A DNA stretch of 61,706 nucleotides, counting the filler. It is 5 parts of 5 records of this genome, joined end to end, with 100 filler letters (N's around TTAATTAATTAA, not from the genome) between each part and the next. Parts side by side here need not be neighbours in the genome. Positions count along the whole stretch, not along the records: positions 1 to 13,593 come from DRR723986_8366; 4 more parts are not named here. One strand, 5' to 3'. The position numbers were made by a program, and so were the translations under genes. Shown piece by piece: positions 1 to 8,428 of the stretch. The notes beneath the pieces are model-generated. The model saw nothing but the letters and a program-made list of their open reading frames with translations, did no database searches and was not told the DNA's origin. How positions within the stretch are numbered: the stretch's first letter is position 1; the number at the start of each line of letters is the position of its first letter.

Positions 1-702
1 GTCCCAGAACCACCAGCCGCCCCAGCCAAGTTCGTAATAGGCCCAGTAGGATCCGAGCGCGATGCCGAAGGTCAGCGGCACAAAGGCGGCGAGCGACCAG
101 CGCCGGGCTTCCTTCGCCCACACCCGGTCTATACGCCCATCCATCATGCCCGCCGCAGCGAGCGCGAAGACGAAGGAGTATCCGACATAGCCGAGATACA
201 ACATCGGCGGATGGAAGGAGAGTGCCGGGTCCTGCAGAAGCGGGTTCAGCCCTGCCCCCTGAAAGGGTGCCGGGTCGAGGCGCAGATAGGGTGAGGACGC
301 AAACAGCAGATAGCCCATCGCCCCCGCCGTCAGGAACCCCTGTACGCCGAGCGCATGGGCCTCGAAACTCACACGTCCTGTCTTCATCAGCGCAGCCGCC
401 GCTGCGCCGAAAGCAAAGGTCACCAGGGCCCAGAGCGCCATGGAGCCCTCATGGTTCCCCCACGTGCCGGCAATCTTGTAGAGCATCGGTTTCAGCGTGT
501 GGGAGTTGTTCGCCACGAGCAGGAGCGAAAAGTCCGATACGGCAAAGGCATGCACCAGCGTGAGGAACGAAAACGCCATCAGACCAAAACCGGTCACGGC
601 GGACATCCCTGCCCACCGGCGATCCCCCTTCAGGCCGAAGATCGTCTGCGCCAGCGCGGCGCCGAGCGCCAGGAAGGCCGCCAAATGCCCGGCTTCGATC
701 AT
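1..702 (-). CDS. ccmF: Cytochrome c heme lyase CcmF/CycK, 5' part (runs off the window)
   Basis: Not in the ORF track. Manual translation from ATG 702 gives MIEAGHLAAFLALG...SDFS...NSH...YKIAGTWGNHEGS...ALGSYWAYYELGWGGWWFWD (WWD motif). ATGA overlap with the ccmE stop. Confidence 0.95.
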   Translation of the reverse strand, partial: MIEAGHLAAFLALGAALAQTIFGLKGDRRWAGMSAVTGFGLMAFSFLTLVHAFAVSDFSLLLVANNSHTLKPMLYKIAGTWGNHEGSMALWALVTFAFGAAAAALMKTGRVSFEAHALGVQGFLTAGAMGYLLFASSPYLRLDPAPFQGAGLNPLLQDPALSFHPPMLYLGYVGYSFVFALAAAGMMDGRIDRVWAKEARRWSLAAFVPLTFGIALGSYWAYYELGWGGWWFWD

Positions 703-1124
703 CCGCCGATTGCCTCGGGGCGCAGTTCGCGCGGTTGGTAATTCTCGTCATGCTTCGCCAGGATCTGGCGGGCGGTGAACGTCCCGTCGGGACTGAACTG
801 GCCGATGGCAACGACGCCCTGGCCTTCGCGGAACAGGTCCGGCGCGATACCGGTGAATGCGACCTTGATGTCAGCATCGCTGTTGTCCATCACGGTGAAC
901 ATCATGGTCGCGCCATCCGCAGAATAGGTTAGCGACCCCGGCTCGACCCAGCCGCCGACTTTCACCTCACGCCCCTCCTGGGGCAGGCCTTTCTCGGCCA
1001 GCGTCTGAGGTGTGTAGAACAGGTTGGCATTCTGGCGCAGGGCCATGAAGGCAAGCCCCGCCGCAGCCAACAGCAGGACGGCGGCGATGCCAAACGTGTA
1101 GAGTCGTCGAGTGCGTGCGCGCAT
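699..1124 (-). CDS. ccmE: Heme chaperone CcmE/CycJ
   Basis: N-terminal TM, PDLFREGQGVV, and LAKHDENY with the heme-binding His. Confidence 0.97.
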   Translation of the reverse strand: MRARTRRLYTFGIAAVLLLAAAGLAFMALRQNANLFYTPQTLAEKGLPQEGREVKVGGWVEPGSLTYSADGATMMFTVMDNSDADIKVAFTGIAPDLFREGQGVVAIGQFSPDGTFTARQILAKHDENYQPRELRPEAIGG

Positions 1125-1311
1125 GCCGGTCTTATAGAGCGACCCGCGCCAAATTGGGAGTGCGGCAGATGCATCCGGTGCCGGCGAGGTCCTGGCGCCC
1201 GAATGGGCAGGCTGGAAAGGCCTGAACCCAATAGAGACGTGGCTGTCTAATTGCGAGCTATGCGTTTATAGTTGGGACTATGACGCCTGCAGCATTTGAG
1301 ATCTTTTTCGG

Positions 1312-3384
1312 ATGATCGAACTGACGATCAACGGGCGGCTGGTCCAAATCGCCGAGGGCGCGACGTTGCTCGACGCTGCCAGTAAAGCTGGCATTCATAT
1401 CCCCACACTTTGCCATTATCCGGGCCTGCCGTCCCATTCGGTCTGCCGGATGTGCCTGGTCGAAGTTGACGGCGAGGCAAAGCCGCAGCCAGCCTGCACG
1501 ACTCTGGCGAAACAAGGCGACGTCGTCGAAACCTGTTCAGAAGCACTTCGGGCATTCCGTCGGAGCAATGGAGAGTGGCTGTTAGCCCGCCACCCGAACG
1601 ATTGCATGCGATGCGAGGTCAATGGGTCCTGCAAACTGCAGAGCCTTGTCGCCGAAAACCAGTGGGAAGAGCGCTGGGAGGAAATTCCCCCGGGATCTGC
1701 CGCACATCCTGAGCATCCATCGGCTGACCACACATCGCCCAGCATATGGCGGGACCTGTCCAAATGTATCGAATGCGGCCTGTGTGCCGAAGCCTGCGGA
1801 GAGGCCGGCCAGCAGCAATACGTGATCGGCTTTGCGGAACGCGGTGACGAACGCCTGCCCGTCACCGTCTTCGACGACCCATTGTCTGAAACCCAGTGCA
1901 TTTCCTGCGGTCAATGCACTCTGGTCTGTCCGGTCGGCGCCTTGATAGAGGCGCCGCACTGGCACGACGTTTTGCATACGCTCGACTCGCGCAGACGCAT
2001 CTCCGTCGTCCAGGTTGCACCAGCCACCCGTATCGCGATCAGCGAAGAGTTCGGCATGGCGCCCGGGACCGTCAGCACCGGCAGGCTGATCAACGCGCTG
2101 AGGCAGCTCGGGTTCGACTATGTCTTCGATACGAATTTTACAGCTGACCTGACCATCATGGAGGAAGGGACGGAGCTGCTGGCCCGTCTGGAGACGCAGA
2201 CCGACCTTCCGCTCTTCACATCATGCTGTCCGGGGTGGGTGAACTGGCTTGAGCTCAACCGGCCCGATCTTCTTCCGCATCTCAGCACGACGAAGTCCCC
2301 CCAGCAGATGCACGGCGCGATCGCAAAGCGGGGCCATTTCGCGCGATCGCTCGGACCGGAATTCGCCGAGGGAAAAACGGAGCCCTACGTTGTCAGCGTC
2401 ATGCCGTGTACGGCCAAAAAAGACGAGGCCTTGCGGCCGGGCATGTCCGGCGATGTGGATCATGTGATGACCACACGGGAACTCGCCCGGATGATCCGCT
2501 CTCGCGGCATTGGGTTTGGCGCCCTTTCCGAAGACGGCAGTTTTGACAGCCCGCTCGGCGAGAGCACAGGCGCAGCGCAGATCTTCGGCGCCTCCGGCGG
2601 TGTGATGGAGGCGATGGCGCGCACTGCAGCGCACCTCACAGGGCAGGAAGACCAGGTTCCGCTGGAGTGGCAGCAATTGCGCGACGTCCGTGAAGCCGTG
2701 AAGACAGCGACCATTCCCGGTATCGGAACGGTGGCTGTCTGCAACGGCATTGCCGCGGCTCAGCGCATGCTGGAGACAGAAGCATGGCGCACGGAATATG
2801 TGGCCATCGAGGTCATGGCCTGTTCGGGCGGATGTCTTGGCGGCGGCGGTGAACCGAAATCCATGGATCCGGATGTCCTGAAAAAACGCAGCAAGGCGAT
2901 CTACGACATCGATGCCAAAGCCCCGCGCAGGCGCTCCTATGAGAATCCTGACGTCCGGAAACTGTACGACACAGAACTTGGGGAGCCGAACTCGAAGGCC
3001 GCGCACGCCCTGCTGCACACCACCCACATCGCAAGGCGCTCAGACCGATCGCTGCTGGCGCGGTTTCTCGATTGCGTGGACCGGCGCGATGCCGAGGCCG
3101 CCGCAAGCCTGTTCCATCCGGACGGCGTCTGGTCCACCGCCTCGCCCTTCGGCGATATCCGGGGCGCAAACAACATAGCGGCGCTCATCCGCAACGACCT
3201 GCCACCCAGGAAAATCGGCCCTCATTTTGTGCGGCATCGTCTGGAGCCGCCTGCCGGGCCAGATGATCTCGTCGTCGTTACGCCTGATGGCCAGCGATGC
3301 CGGTTCACCATGGAAACATGTCCGGTAGATGCGGATGGACGATCCTCGGTCCGGATCAGAACCCTCGAACGCCACGCCCTCTAA
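1312..3384 (+). CDS. hydA: [FeFe]-hydrogenase, group A-like (2Fe-2S, His-ligated 4Fe-4S, 2x4Fe-4S, H-cluster, small-subunit domain) with a C-terminal SnoaL/NTF2-like domain
   Basis: IPTLC..CRMC..PAC; HPNDCMRCEVNGSC; CIECGLCAEAC and CISCGQCTLVCP; H-cluster motifs FTSCCPGW, MPCTAKKDE, EVMACSGGCLGGGG; SSU motif RRSYENPDVRKLY..LGEP..AHALLHT; about 110 extra C-terminal residues. Confidence 0.95.
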   Translation: MIELTINGRLVQIAEGATLLDAASKAGIHIPTLCHYPGLPSHSVCRMCLVEVDGEAKPQPACTTLAKQGDVVETCSEALRAFRRSNGEWLLARHPNDCMRCEVNGSCKLQSLVAENQWEERWEEIPPGSAAHPEHPSADHTSPSIWRDLSKCIECGLCAEACGEAGQQQYVIGFAERGDERLPVTVFDDPLSETQCISCGQCTLVCPVGALIEAPHWHDVLHTLDSRRRISVVQVAPATRIAISEEFGMAPGTVSTGRLINALRQLGFDYVFDTNFTADLTIMEEGTELLARLETQTDLPLFTSCCPGWVNWLELNRPDLLPHLSTTKSPQQMHGAIAKRGHFARSLGPEFAEGKTEPYVVSVMPCTAKKDEALRPGMSGDVDHVMTTRELARMIRSRGIGFGALSEDGSFDSPLGESTGAAQIFGASGGVMEAMARTAAHLTGQEDQVPLEWQQLRDVREAVKTATIPGIGTVAVCNGIAAAQRMLETEAWRTEYVAIEVMACSGGCLGGGGEPKSMDPDVLKKRSKAIYDIDAKAPRRRSYENPDVRKLYDTELGEPNSKAAHALLHTTHIARRSDRSLLARFLDCVDRRDAEAAASLFHPDGVWSTASPFGDIRGANNIAALIRNDLPPRKIGPHFVRHRLEPPAGPDDLVVVTPDGQRCRFTMETCPVDADGRSSVRIRTLERHAL

Positions 3385-3483
3385 AACAGGCTGGCGCCAA
3401 CGCTCCGAACCACTCCATCACAGCTCGCGTGGCACGCGAATTGCTACTGGTTTCCCTTTCCGCTTCGGTCTGGGAGCCCCGTA

Positions 3484-5247
3484 TTGCGCCAGCTTAGAAT
3501 CTTTGGCGATCTCACCGTCCAGGTAGGGATCATCCTGATCAGTGTGGCAGCCCTGTTGTCCCTGATGCGGGATGGATTTCACATCTACGTCCATGACAGC
3601 TTCGCCTGGTTGATCACCGCAAAGCAGGCCGCCCTCGAAGCCCTGCTGGACCAACCCGTCGTATCGGCAACAGTCGAACTCGCTGCTGCCATCCTCAGGC
3701 GTGTATTCGCACTTCTGGGCGTGGAGGTAAATTTCTCTCCAGATTCCCATTGGATCTATGTATTCATCCTGCTCGCCGTCGCGTTGGGCGGATACGCCCA
3801 CACGCTCAGGAACTTCAAAACCCAGCCTGCCGTCAGCGTATTTCGTTACGGTAACGCCATCATTTGCGCCTTCGTCGGCGGCTTGCTTGCAGGATCTGCC
3901 CCCTTGGCCCATCCGGGCATGTTTGCCTGGCCCATTGCATCGCTGCTCGCATTCATCGGGCTAAACGCAATCTGGTGGGCATCGTTCGGTCGCAAACCGG
4001 ACCAGCGGCAGGTGGCGGCACGCGCAGCCTTGCTGACCATCTGCGCAGCCATCCTGACCGCCCGGATCGCTTTCGAGCTGGAGCCGGAAGGCGGAGTGAT
4101 CCATCCGCACTCAAGTCCGGGACTGATCCTGCTCGCTTTGCTCGCAGCCGGGTTCGGCGGTTGGTTCATGCGATTTGGTCTAGGCGCTACGCGCGCCGAC
4201 GAAATGGGACAGCGTCTCGGAACGCAGGTTCTCGCCGTCTTTGGTGTCGCAGCCATGGTGATTGTCGCAAGTCAGGCGACATTCTGGATGGGACGCGCCA
4301 CGGATGGTACCAATGTCCCGTCCGCCGGAGCGGTGTTCCAGGATTGTGCGGACTGTCCAGACATGGTGGCGATCCAGGCTGGGCGGTTCCTGATGGGAAC
4401 GACTTTTGAGGAAGCCGAGCTGCTGAAATCCGCTGAGCTCTGGAAACCGGCGCGCCACACTCAGGAAATGCCTTCTGCTGAACGGGAAACCACCAGCTTT
4501 GCGTTGGCCCGCACCGAAGTCACCGTCGCTCAATTCAAAGCGTTCATGGACGCCACAGGCTACAAACCGGCAGGCTGGTGCTGGGGCCTGCGCGACGGCA
4601 GCCTGGATTTCTCCGCGGACGTGACCTGGGACGCCCCCGGCTTTGCTCAGGAACCCGACCATCCGGTCGTTTGTGTGAACTGGCTCGACGCGCAGGCCTA
4701 TGTGCGCTGGCTCAGCCTACGGACGGGCGAGACCTATCGGCTACCGACCGAAGCGGAGTGGGAATATGCCGCGCGGGCTGGCTCACGGTCGGTCCATGCC
4801 TTGAGCGAAAATGCGCAGGCGGACTGTTTGCTGAGAAACGCTGCAGATGTATCGGCCAAGCAGAACTTTCCGGATTGGAACACATTCAATTGCGACGATG
4901 GTGCTGCCTTCACGGCGCCGGTGGGGTCCTACGCTCCGAACGGATTTGGCCTTTTCGACATGACAGGCAATGTCTGGGAATGGGTGCAGGACTGCTATGG
5001 CCCCCTACGGACCGCAGACCTGGATGGCGACACGCAACAACTCGATTGCTCCAACCGGGTGATACGCGGTGGTTCCTGGAACTACGGACCGGGCGAAGTG
5101 CGCGAGGCGACCCGCGATGTTCACGCTCCGGCTACACGAGGCAGCGGCCTGGGATTTCGGGTCGCCCGGGAGTTGGCCTTGCCCTCCCCTGAAATTGCTT
5201 ATTCCGAAGGTGCGGGCCCCGGTCCGGGCGCAGCCTCTTCCCCCTGA
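3484..5247 (+). CDS. Multi-TM membrane protein with a C-terminal FGE-sulfatase (SUMF1/EgtB/PvdO) domain
   Basis: Hydrophobic N-terminal half, then FQDCADCPDMV, HPVVCVNW, YRLPTEAEWEYAARAG, NGFGLFDMTGNVWEW, RGGSW, GFRVAR. TTG start uncertain. Confidence 0.85.
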   Translation: MRQLRIFGDLTVQVGIILISVAALLSLMRDGFHIYVHDSFAWLITAKQAALEALLDQPVVSATVELAAAILRRVFALLGVEVNFSPDSHWIYVFILLAVALGGYAHTLRNFKTQPAVSVFRYGNAIICAFVGGLLAGSAPLAHPGMFAWPIASLLAFIGLNAIWWASFGRKPDQRQVAARAALLTICAAILTARIAFELEPEGGVIHPHSSPGLILLALLAAGFGGWFMRFGLGATRADEMGQRLGTQVLAVFGVAAMVIVASQATFWMGRATDGTNVPSAGAVFQDCADCPDMVAIQAGRFLMGTTFEEAELLKSAELWKPARHTQEMPSAERETTSFALARTEVTVAQFKAFMDATGYKPAGWCWGLRDGSLDFSADVTWDAPGFAQEPDHPVVCVNWLDAQAYVRWLSLRTGETYRLPTEAEWEYAARAGSRSVHALSENAQADCLLRNAADVSAKQNFPDWNTFNCDDGAAFTAPVGSYAPNGFGLFDMTGNVWEWVQDCYGPLRTADLDGDTQQLDCSNRVIRGGSWNYGPGEVREATRDVHAPATRGSGLGFRVARELALPSPEIAYSEGAGPGPGAASSP

Positions 5248-5816
5248 CCGATGGCTTCGATCATGCCGCGGAAGCGGTCCCGGCGAGGATCGCCTTCGGG
5301 AAGGTTATTGTAGATATACCGCATGGCCTGTTCGGCCTTGTCCTGCTCGCCTGCCTGCGCGGCGCCCATTGCGGCCCACATACCGGCGCGCACCTGCGTC
5401 TCGTCCAGTTCGTAAGCACGGCCATACAGCCTCGTTGCCTGCGAGCTAACGCCACCACCTGACAGCGCCACCAGCGTATCGGCTAGCGCCACCAGCGCCG
5501 GAACGAAATTCTCGTCACGCCGCAAGGCCGACTGGTAAGCGCGCGCTGCATCCTCCGGACGACCCTCTGCGCGCAGCATCTCGCCAATGAAGAAATGCGG
5601 CTGCGGGTCGTTCGGGCGCTGCTGCGTCGCAAGCTCGAGGCGCGACAGGGTTTCCGCAGGCGTCAATGTTTCCGGCGCCGTGGCGATCTTCTGGGCGAGG
5701 CCTTCCTGACGCTTGGCCATCGGTTCGTCGGGCATACCCGGCTTGCCCACCACCAGATAGCCTGCCACGGCCACAGCGAGGCAGAGACCGGCGACAGCAA
5801 TATTCAGGCGGTTCAT
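5199..5816 (-). CDS. ccmI: Cytochrome c biogenesis TPR protein, CcmI/CycH-like
   Basis: N-terminal TM followed by YLVVGKPGMPDEP and TPR helices; lies between the feuQ-like kinase and ccmE. Confidence 0.75.
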   Translation of the reverse strand: MNRLNIAVAGLCLAVAVAGYLVVGKPGMPDEPMAKRQEGLAQKIATAPETLTPAETLSRLELATQQRPNDPQPHFFIGEMLRAEGRPEDAARAYQSALRRDENFVPALVALADTLVALSGGGVSSQATRLYGRAYELDETQVRAGMWAAMGAAQAGEQDKAEQAMRYIYNNLPEGDPRRDRFRGMIEAIGQGEEAAPGPGPAPSE

Positions 5817-7240
5817 CGTTTCGGAAACCTCAGGCGTGCGCGCAGGCCCCCGGCCGGGGCCTCATCCAATTCAAGCACGCCCTTATGCAGCTCTGCCAGC
5901 TCTGTGACAATCGACAGACCCAGTCCGGTGCCGGGGGTTGTTTCATCAAGTCGCACCCCCCGCTTGAGCGCGCCTTCGCGTTCTTCCGCGGTCAGGCCCG
6001 GGCCGTCATCATCGACTTCGATCCGCAATTCGGTGGCATCATCGAGCACGCTGACCCGCACATCAGCCTTCGCCCATTTGCAGGCATTTTCCATGAGATT
6101 GCCGACCATCTCCTCAAGGTCCTGCTGTTCTCCGCGGAAGACGGCTGCCTCGCCGCCAAAGACAGTCACATCAATGCCCTTCGCGTCATAGAGCCGGTTC
6201 ATCAGCCGGGCAATGCCATCCAGAACGGGCCGCACTTCGGCCCGTGCGCCCAGCGCTTCAGCCCGCGCGGCCATGCGGGCGCGCTTCAGATAGTGCTCCA
6301 CATTGGTCTGCATGGAATCGACCTGGCGGCGCACGACATCATCCAGCTGCGTCTTGCCTGTCGCCTCGTTACGCAGGACCGCAATCGGTGTCTTCAGGGC
6401 GTGGGCAAGATTGCCGACATGGGTGCGGGCACGTTCGACAACCTGCCGGTTGTGGTCGACCAGCTTGTTCAGTTCCTCTGTCAGTGGCTGCACTTCAGAG
6501 GGATAATCGTCCGGCAGTTTCAGCCGCGTACCTTCCCGGATCTCCGCAATGTCATGGCCGAGCTTCACCAGCGGCCGCAATGAATAGCGGATGCCGGCAA
6601 CCATCGCGGCGAACACACTGCCGAACAGGACCACCATTGTGCCGATCAGCAAATTGCGGAACCGGGTCGCCGCGGCGTCGTTCTGTGCCCTGTCTGCGGC
6701 AGCGACGAGCACGAGCGGCGTCGCGCGGTTCTCTACAATTATGGCCTTGGCAGCGGCGAAGATGCGCTGGCCTGCCGGCCCCGGCCCGATGCCGAATTGC
6801 GTCGTGCCTGGCGTGGCGAGCGCCCGCTTCAACAGGCGCGGCGACATCGGCACGGGTTCGTCCCACAGGCTGCGAGAGCGCAGGTCGCCAACCGCGTCGC
6901 CGTCTTCATTCACGGCGACAATCGCCCAGTAACGTCCGGAATACTGGGTCTGGTAACGGGAATCTGTCGACAGGAAGACGTGATTGTCATCCGTCACCCG
7001 GCCGTCCGGCAGGAAAGCTCCCTCGCGTGTCATGTCGCGCGTCAGGGTAACCAGGGTCTGATCCAGATCGTCAGACAGAAGGGACAGCGTCTGTGCCCTG
7101 TAAAGCGCCGACAGAGCCAGCGCCCCGCCGATCAGCACGATCAGGCCCCAGACGGCGGCCGCCAGAATGATCCGCCGGGCCAGCGACAGGCGCGTCCAGC
7201 GGTCGAGGAATGTGACAGGTTTGGTGTCGGCGTCGCTCAT
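5813..7240 (-). CDS. Sensor histidine kinase (FeuQ/PhoQ-like)
   Basis: Two TMs, H-box LAHALKTP, N-box GNLMENACKW, DDDGPG, GTGLGL. Confidence 0.93.
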   Translation of the reverse strand: MSDADTKPVTFLDRWTRLSLARRIILAAAVWGLIVLIGGALALSALYRAQTLSLLSDDLDQTLVTLTRDMTREGAFLPDGRVTDDNHVFLSTDSRYQTQYSGRYWAIVAVNEDGDAVGDLRSRSLWDEPVPMSPRLLKRALATPGTTQFGIGPGPAGQRIFAAAKAIIVENRATPLVLVAAADRAQNDAAATRFRNLLIGTMVVLFGSVFAAMVAGIRYSLRPLVKLGHDIAEIREGTRLKLPDDYPSEVQPLTEELNKLVDHNRQVVERARTHVGNLAHALKTPIAVLRNEATGKTQLDDVVRRQVDSMQTNVEHYLKRARMAARAEALGARAEVRPVLDGIARLMNRLYDAKGIDVTVFGGEAAVFRGEQQDLEEMVGNLMENACKWAKADVRVSVLDDATELRIEVDDDGPGLTAEEREGALKRGVRLDETTPGTGLGLSIVTELAELHKGVLELDEAPAGGLRARLRFPKR

Positions 7241-7265
7241 ACCCGGCAATCAGCACGGGCCGGCA

Positions 7266-7949
7266 TCAGCCGGCCACGCGTGCTTCATTCTCCGGCACGA
7301 CCAGCCGGTAGCCAAGACCACGTTCGGTCTGGATCCGGTCCTGCCCGATCTTGCGGCGAAGACGGCCGATAAACACCTCGATCGTGTTCGAGTCGCGGTC
7401 GAAATCCTGATCATAGATGTGCTCGACCAATTCCGTACGCGGAACAACCCGGCCCTGATGGTGCATCAGGTAGGACAGGACGCGATATTCATGCGCGGTC
7501 AGCTTCACCGGCTCGCCATTGATCATGGCGCGCGCCGCGCGGGTGTCGACCATCAGCTTGCCAGCTTCCAGGGTGGCGGCGGAATGACCGGCCGCCCGGC
7601 GCAGCAGCGCCCGCAGGCGGGCCAGCAGCTCTTCGGTGATGAAGGGCTTGGTCAGGTAGTCGTCGGCCCCGGCATCGAAGCCGGCCACCTTCTCGCTCCA
7701 CGAATCGCGGGCGGTCAGGATCAGGACCGGGAAGGACTTGCCATCCGCGCGCCATTTCTTCAGCACGCTCACCCCGTCCATCTTGGGCAGGCCAAGGTCC
7801 AGGATCACCGCGTCATAGGGTTCGGTGTCACCCAGGAAGTGGCCATCCTCACCGTCTGCGGCGAGGTCGACCGCATAGCCTGACTGGCCCAGCACGTCGG
7901 CCAATTGGCGGCGCAGGTCAGCATCGTCTTCAACAACCAGGATACGCAT
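7266..7949 (-). CDS. OmpR-family response regulator (FeuP/PhoP-like)
   Basis: MRILVVEDD, LDLGLP, GADDYLTKPF, and a wHTH ending TERGLGY. Confidence 0.95.
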   Translation of the reverse strand: MRILVVEDDADLRRQLADVLGQSGYAVDLAADGEDGHFLGDTEPYDAVILDLGLPKMDGVSVLKKWRADGKSFPVLILTARDSWSEKVAGFDAGADDYLTKPFITEELLARLRALLRRAAGHSAATLEAGKLMVDTRAARAMINGEPVKLTAHEYRVLSYLMHHQGRVVPRTELVEHIYDQDFDRDSNTIEVFIGRLRRKIGQDRIQTERGLGYRLVVPENEARVAG

Positions 7950-7990
7950 GGTTCAGCTACTCCCTGAAATGGCTAGGGGCTAATGTTGGC

Positions 7991-8305
7991 TCAGGCACCG
8001 CGGCGGTCAAGGATCGCGCCCGTTTGCGCATCGACCACGAAATGCATCTTGCGGCCATCCTTGGTCATCCAGTCGATTTCGTATACCGCTTTGCCATTAC
8101 CCCGTTCATATAGGTCGGCGCTCAACTGGTAGCCGCCATATTGCCGCTTCAAATTGTTGAAAATCTGGCTCAGCGGCACGGTGCGCCCCTGATTGCGTGA
8201 ATCGCGCGCCTGTCCGGGCGAGAACTGGTTCATCCAGTCCTGCGCCGACGCGGCAGGTGCGACGACGAGGCCAAGAGCCAGGAAAAGGGCGGCAATCCGT
8301 TTCAT
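7991..8305 (-). CDS. Periplasmic PepSY-like protein
   Basis: Signal peptide; YEIDWMTKDGRKMHFVVDAQTGAIL is a PepSY pattern; typical first gene of such two-component operons. Confidence 0.8.
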   Translation of the reverse strand: MKRIAALFLALGLVVAPAASAQDWMNQFSPGQARDSRNQGRTVPLSQIFNNLKRQYGGYQLSADLYERGNGKAVYEIDWMTKDGRKMHFVVDAQTGAILDRRGA

Positions 8306-8312
8306 ACGCAGC

Positions 8313-8368
8313 GGTATAGGGGCAAAGCGCTGAATGTGAAGTGAACGATGGCGTTCAGTTTCGTTCAG
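8313..8368 (-). promoter_or_regulatory. Putative autoregulated promoter with PhoP-box-like direct repeats
   Basis: Minus strand has GTTCAC-N5-ATTCAG (8330-8346) upstream of a -10-like TATACC (8313-8318). An opposite-orientation GTTCAG-N4-GTTCAG lies at 8353-8368. Confidence 0.5.
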
Positions 8369-8428
8369 TGCCGGAGGGCTCGTCTGGTGGCATCTGGCGA
8401 TGAACCTTGTCAGGGCCCAGAGCAGGCG

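Noticed and set aside
1125-1311. FNR/FixK box or strong SD upstream of hydA
   Set aside because: No TTGAT-N4-ATCAA match and no convincing SD found, so anaerobic regulation cannot be claimed.
1312-3384. Alternative call as NuoG, formate dehydrogenase or a Nar1-like protein
   Set aside because: The N-terminal Fe-S domains are shared with NuoG, but all H-cluster motifs, including the proton-transfer Cys, and the SSU domain are present, and there is no molybdopterin domain.
5040-5180. FGE/C-type-lectin C-terminus as the variable region of a diversity-generating retroelement
   Set aside because: No reverse transcriptase, Avd or template-repeat copy is visible in the window.
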